Of a stretch of DNA of 34,190 nt, positions 33,249 through 34,190 are shown in pieces. Positions within the stretch are counted from its first letter, which is position 1, and the number at the start of each line of letters is the position of its first letter. This DNA comes from a virus (lineage: Duplodnaviria; Caudoviricetes): positions 1 to 34,190 of IMG/VR virus record IMGVR_UViG_3300020042_007960. The stretch is one strand, 5' to 3'. The position numbers were made by a program, and so were the translations under genes. The notes beneath the pieces are model-generated. The model did no database searches. It was not told where the DNA came from and saw nothing but the letters and a program-made list of their open reading frames with translations.

Positions 33249-33320
33249 ATTTGAATTTTATATTTTGAATTTTGAATTTTGAATTTTGAATTTTGAATTT
33301 TGAATTTTGGATTTTTGAGA
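33249..33320. repeat. Tandem heptamer repeat (TTTTGAA)n
   Basis: About six perfect TTTTGAA units plus degenerate flanks. Confidence 0.9.
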
Positions 33321-33326
33321 ATTTTT

Positions 33327-33488
33327 TTATTTTCTTTTCTTTTTCTCATTCTTTTGCTTTTGCTGCGCAAACGCTTTACGCAATTCCTGTTCGATAACCT
33401 GTTTCATGAAGGCTATCTCGGCCTGTTTGGCTTCCTCGCCACTCAGGCCCTTGACCTCATCCAAAAACTCTTGAATGTTGACACTCAT
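33327..33488 (-). CDS. Small hypothetical protein with basic tail
   Basis: Start moved to ATG 33488 behind AAGG. Confidence 0.6.
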   Translation of the reverse strand: MSVNIQEFLDEVKGLSGEEAKQAEIAFMKQVIEQELRKAFAQQKQKNEKKKRK

Positions 33489-33501
33489 GTGTAAGACCTT
33501 T

Positions 33502-33708
33502 CTACTTAACCTCAAGATGAGAAACAGCGTTCAAACAAAGGGCGCATCCACAACCAACAGCAAACGCAATACGATTACGTTTAATCTGTTTGAAGTGCTT
33601 TACCACTTCAGACTTGCTTGACTTGACAATTCCACGTTTGGACGCCCAAACAAGTACATTCCATTCATTGTCAATCGAGTCCATAATCAACTTCTCACTG
33701 AACATCAT
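33502..33708 (-). CDS. Hypothetical protein
   Basis: AAGGA RBS; first gene after P15. Confidence 0.65.
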   Translation of the reverse strand: MMFSEKLIMDSIDNEWNVLVWASKRGIVKSSKSEVVKHFKQIKRNRIAFAVGCGCALCLNAVSHLEVK

Positions 33709-33734
33709 TTGTTCCTTTCACTAACTTATAATTC

Positions 33735-33790
33735 ATTATACCACGCCCACAGGCGGAGTCAAGCGATTTTAGATGAGAGGAAGATGAGAA
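33735..33790 (-). promoter_or_regulatory. Cassette promoter P15
   Basis: TTCTCAT-N4-CTCTCAT, shifted one helical turn upstream of TTGACT, 16 bp, TATAAT. Confidence 0.75.
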
Positions 33791-33818
33791 GGATTTTGAG
33801 GAAAGTGTAAAGAGTTTA

Positions 33819-33842
33819 GGGGGTAGGGGGTGCCCCTGCCCC
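33819..33842. repeat. G/C palindrome copy 14 (degenerate right arm)
   Basis: GGGGGTAGGGGG-TG-CCCCTGCCCC. Confidence 0.85.
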
Positions 33843-33846
33843 ATTT

Positions 33847-34053
33847 CTAGAATAACATCAAGACCTGCTTCAAACGTGCCAGCATAGTAGTGTTGAAGCA
33901 GACCTCATCATCCTTAGAAATAACCGCCCGGTCGTACTTTATAGGATTCTTTTCCATAAGCTCATCATGCTGAGAGAAAACACCCCAAATAGTACCTGAC
34001 TCGCAATAAAATACAAGAACACTATCAACATCATACAGCTTCAGTTTATACAT
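33847..34053 (-). CDS. Hypothetical protein
   Basis: 68-aa ORF, AAGGA RBS. Confidence 0.65.
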   Translation of the reverse strand: MYKLKLYDVDSVLVFYCESGTIWGVFSQHDELMEKNPIKYDRAVISKDDEVCFNTTMLARLKQVLMLF

Positions 34054-34102
34054 ACTTAAAAAATCCTTCTATATATATACATATATACATTCATCTACAA
34101 AC

Positions 34103-34131
34103 ATTGTACCATGCTCACCGAAAGAAGTCAA
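34103..34131 (-). promoter_or_regulatory. Canonical promoter P16 (no CTCTCAT box seen)
   Basis: TTGACT, 17 bp, TACAAT preceded by TGG. Confidence 0.75.
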
Positions 34132-34190
34132 GCGAAAATCCCGAGAATTTTTTTCGCGGCACGGCGGGAACAACCGCCGCCTCCCGGCAA

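Noticed and set aside
24235-33842. Palindromes as a CRISPR array
   Set aside because: Intervals are 0.3-1.2 kb and contain promoters and genes; no cas operon. The Cas4-like nuclease at 11522 sits in the recombination module, as is usual in phages
24235-33842. Classical integron with attC sites
   Set aside because: No integrase in the window, no RYYYAAC/GTTRRRY ends seen, and the cassettes carry their own promoters
34141-34190. Possible genome terminus
   Set aside because: A GC-rich end is visible, but a window edge gives no evidence of a physical end

Overview
A 34-kb piece of a tailed dsDNA bacteriophage genome. The host may be a Chloroflexota or another monoderm, but that is a weak inference. 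The left 23.7 kb is a co-directional + strand block. It holds a tail fibre and chaperone, a GT4 glycosyltransferase, a replication/recombination module (SSB, primase, DnaB, resolvase, PolA, RecA, PD-(D/E)XK nuclease), two peptidoglycan hydrolases, thioredoxin, pstS, six tRNAs plus a tRNA 5' half, a Mom-like DNA-modification protein, ThyX, a methyltransferase and more glycosyltransferases. At the strand switch (23.7-24.2 kb) there are tandem DnaA boxes and two NrdR-box-like sites, with no nrd gene next to them. The right 10 kb is an array of self-contained promoter-plus-small-gene cassettes. They are punctuated by 14 copies of a GGGGGTAGGGGG-N-CCCCCTACCCCC palindrome, and 14 of the 16 promoters carry a CTCTCAT-N4-CTCTCAT direct repeat, in 13 cases at an almost fixed distance from the -10. 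One cassette contains the most unusual element: three tandem tRNA-like RNAs. These are a 132-nt tmRNA reduced almost to its tRNA-like domain, a 69-nt cloverleaf whose anticodon loop is replaced by a GNRA tetraloop, and a third CCA-ending tRNA-like RNA. Together they are a candidate RNA-decoy system. All calls were made by eye; no searches were run.
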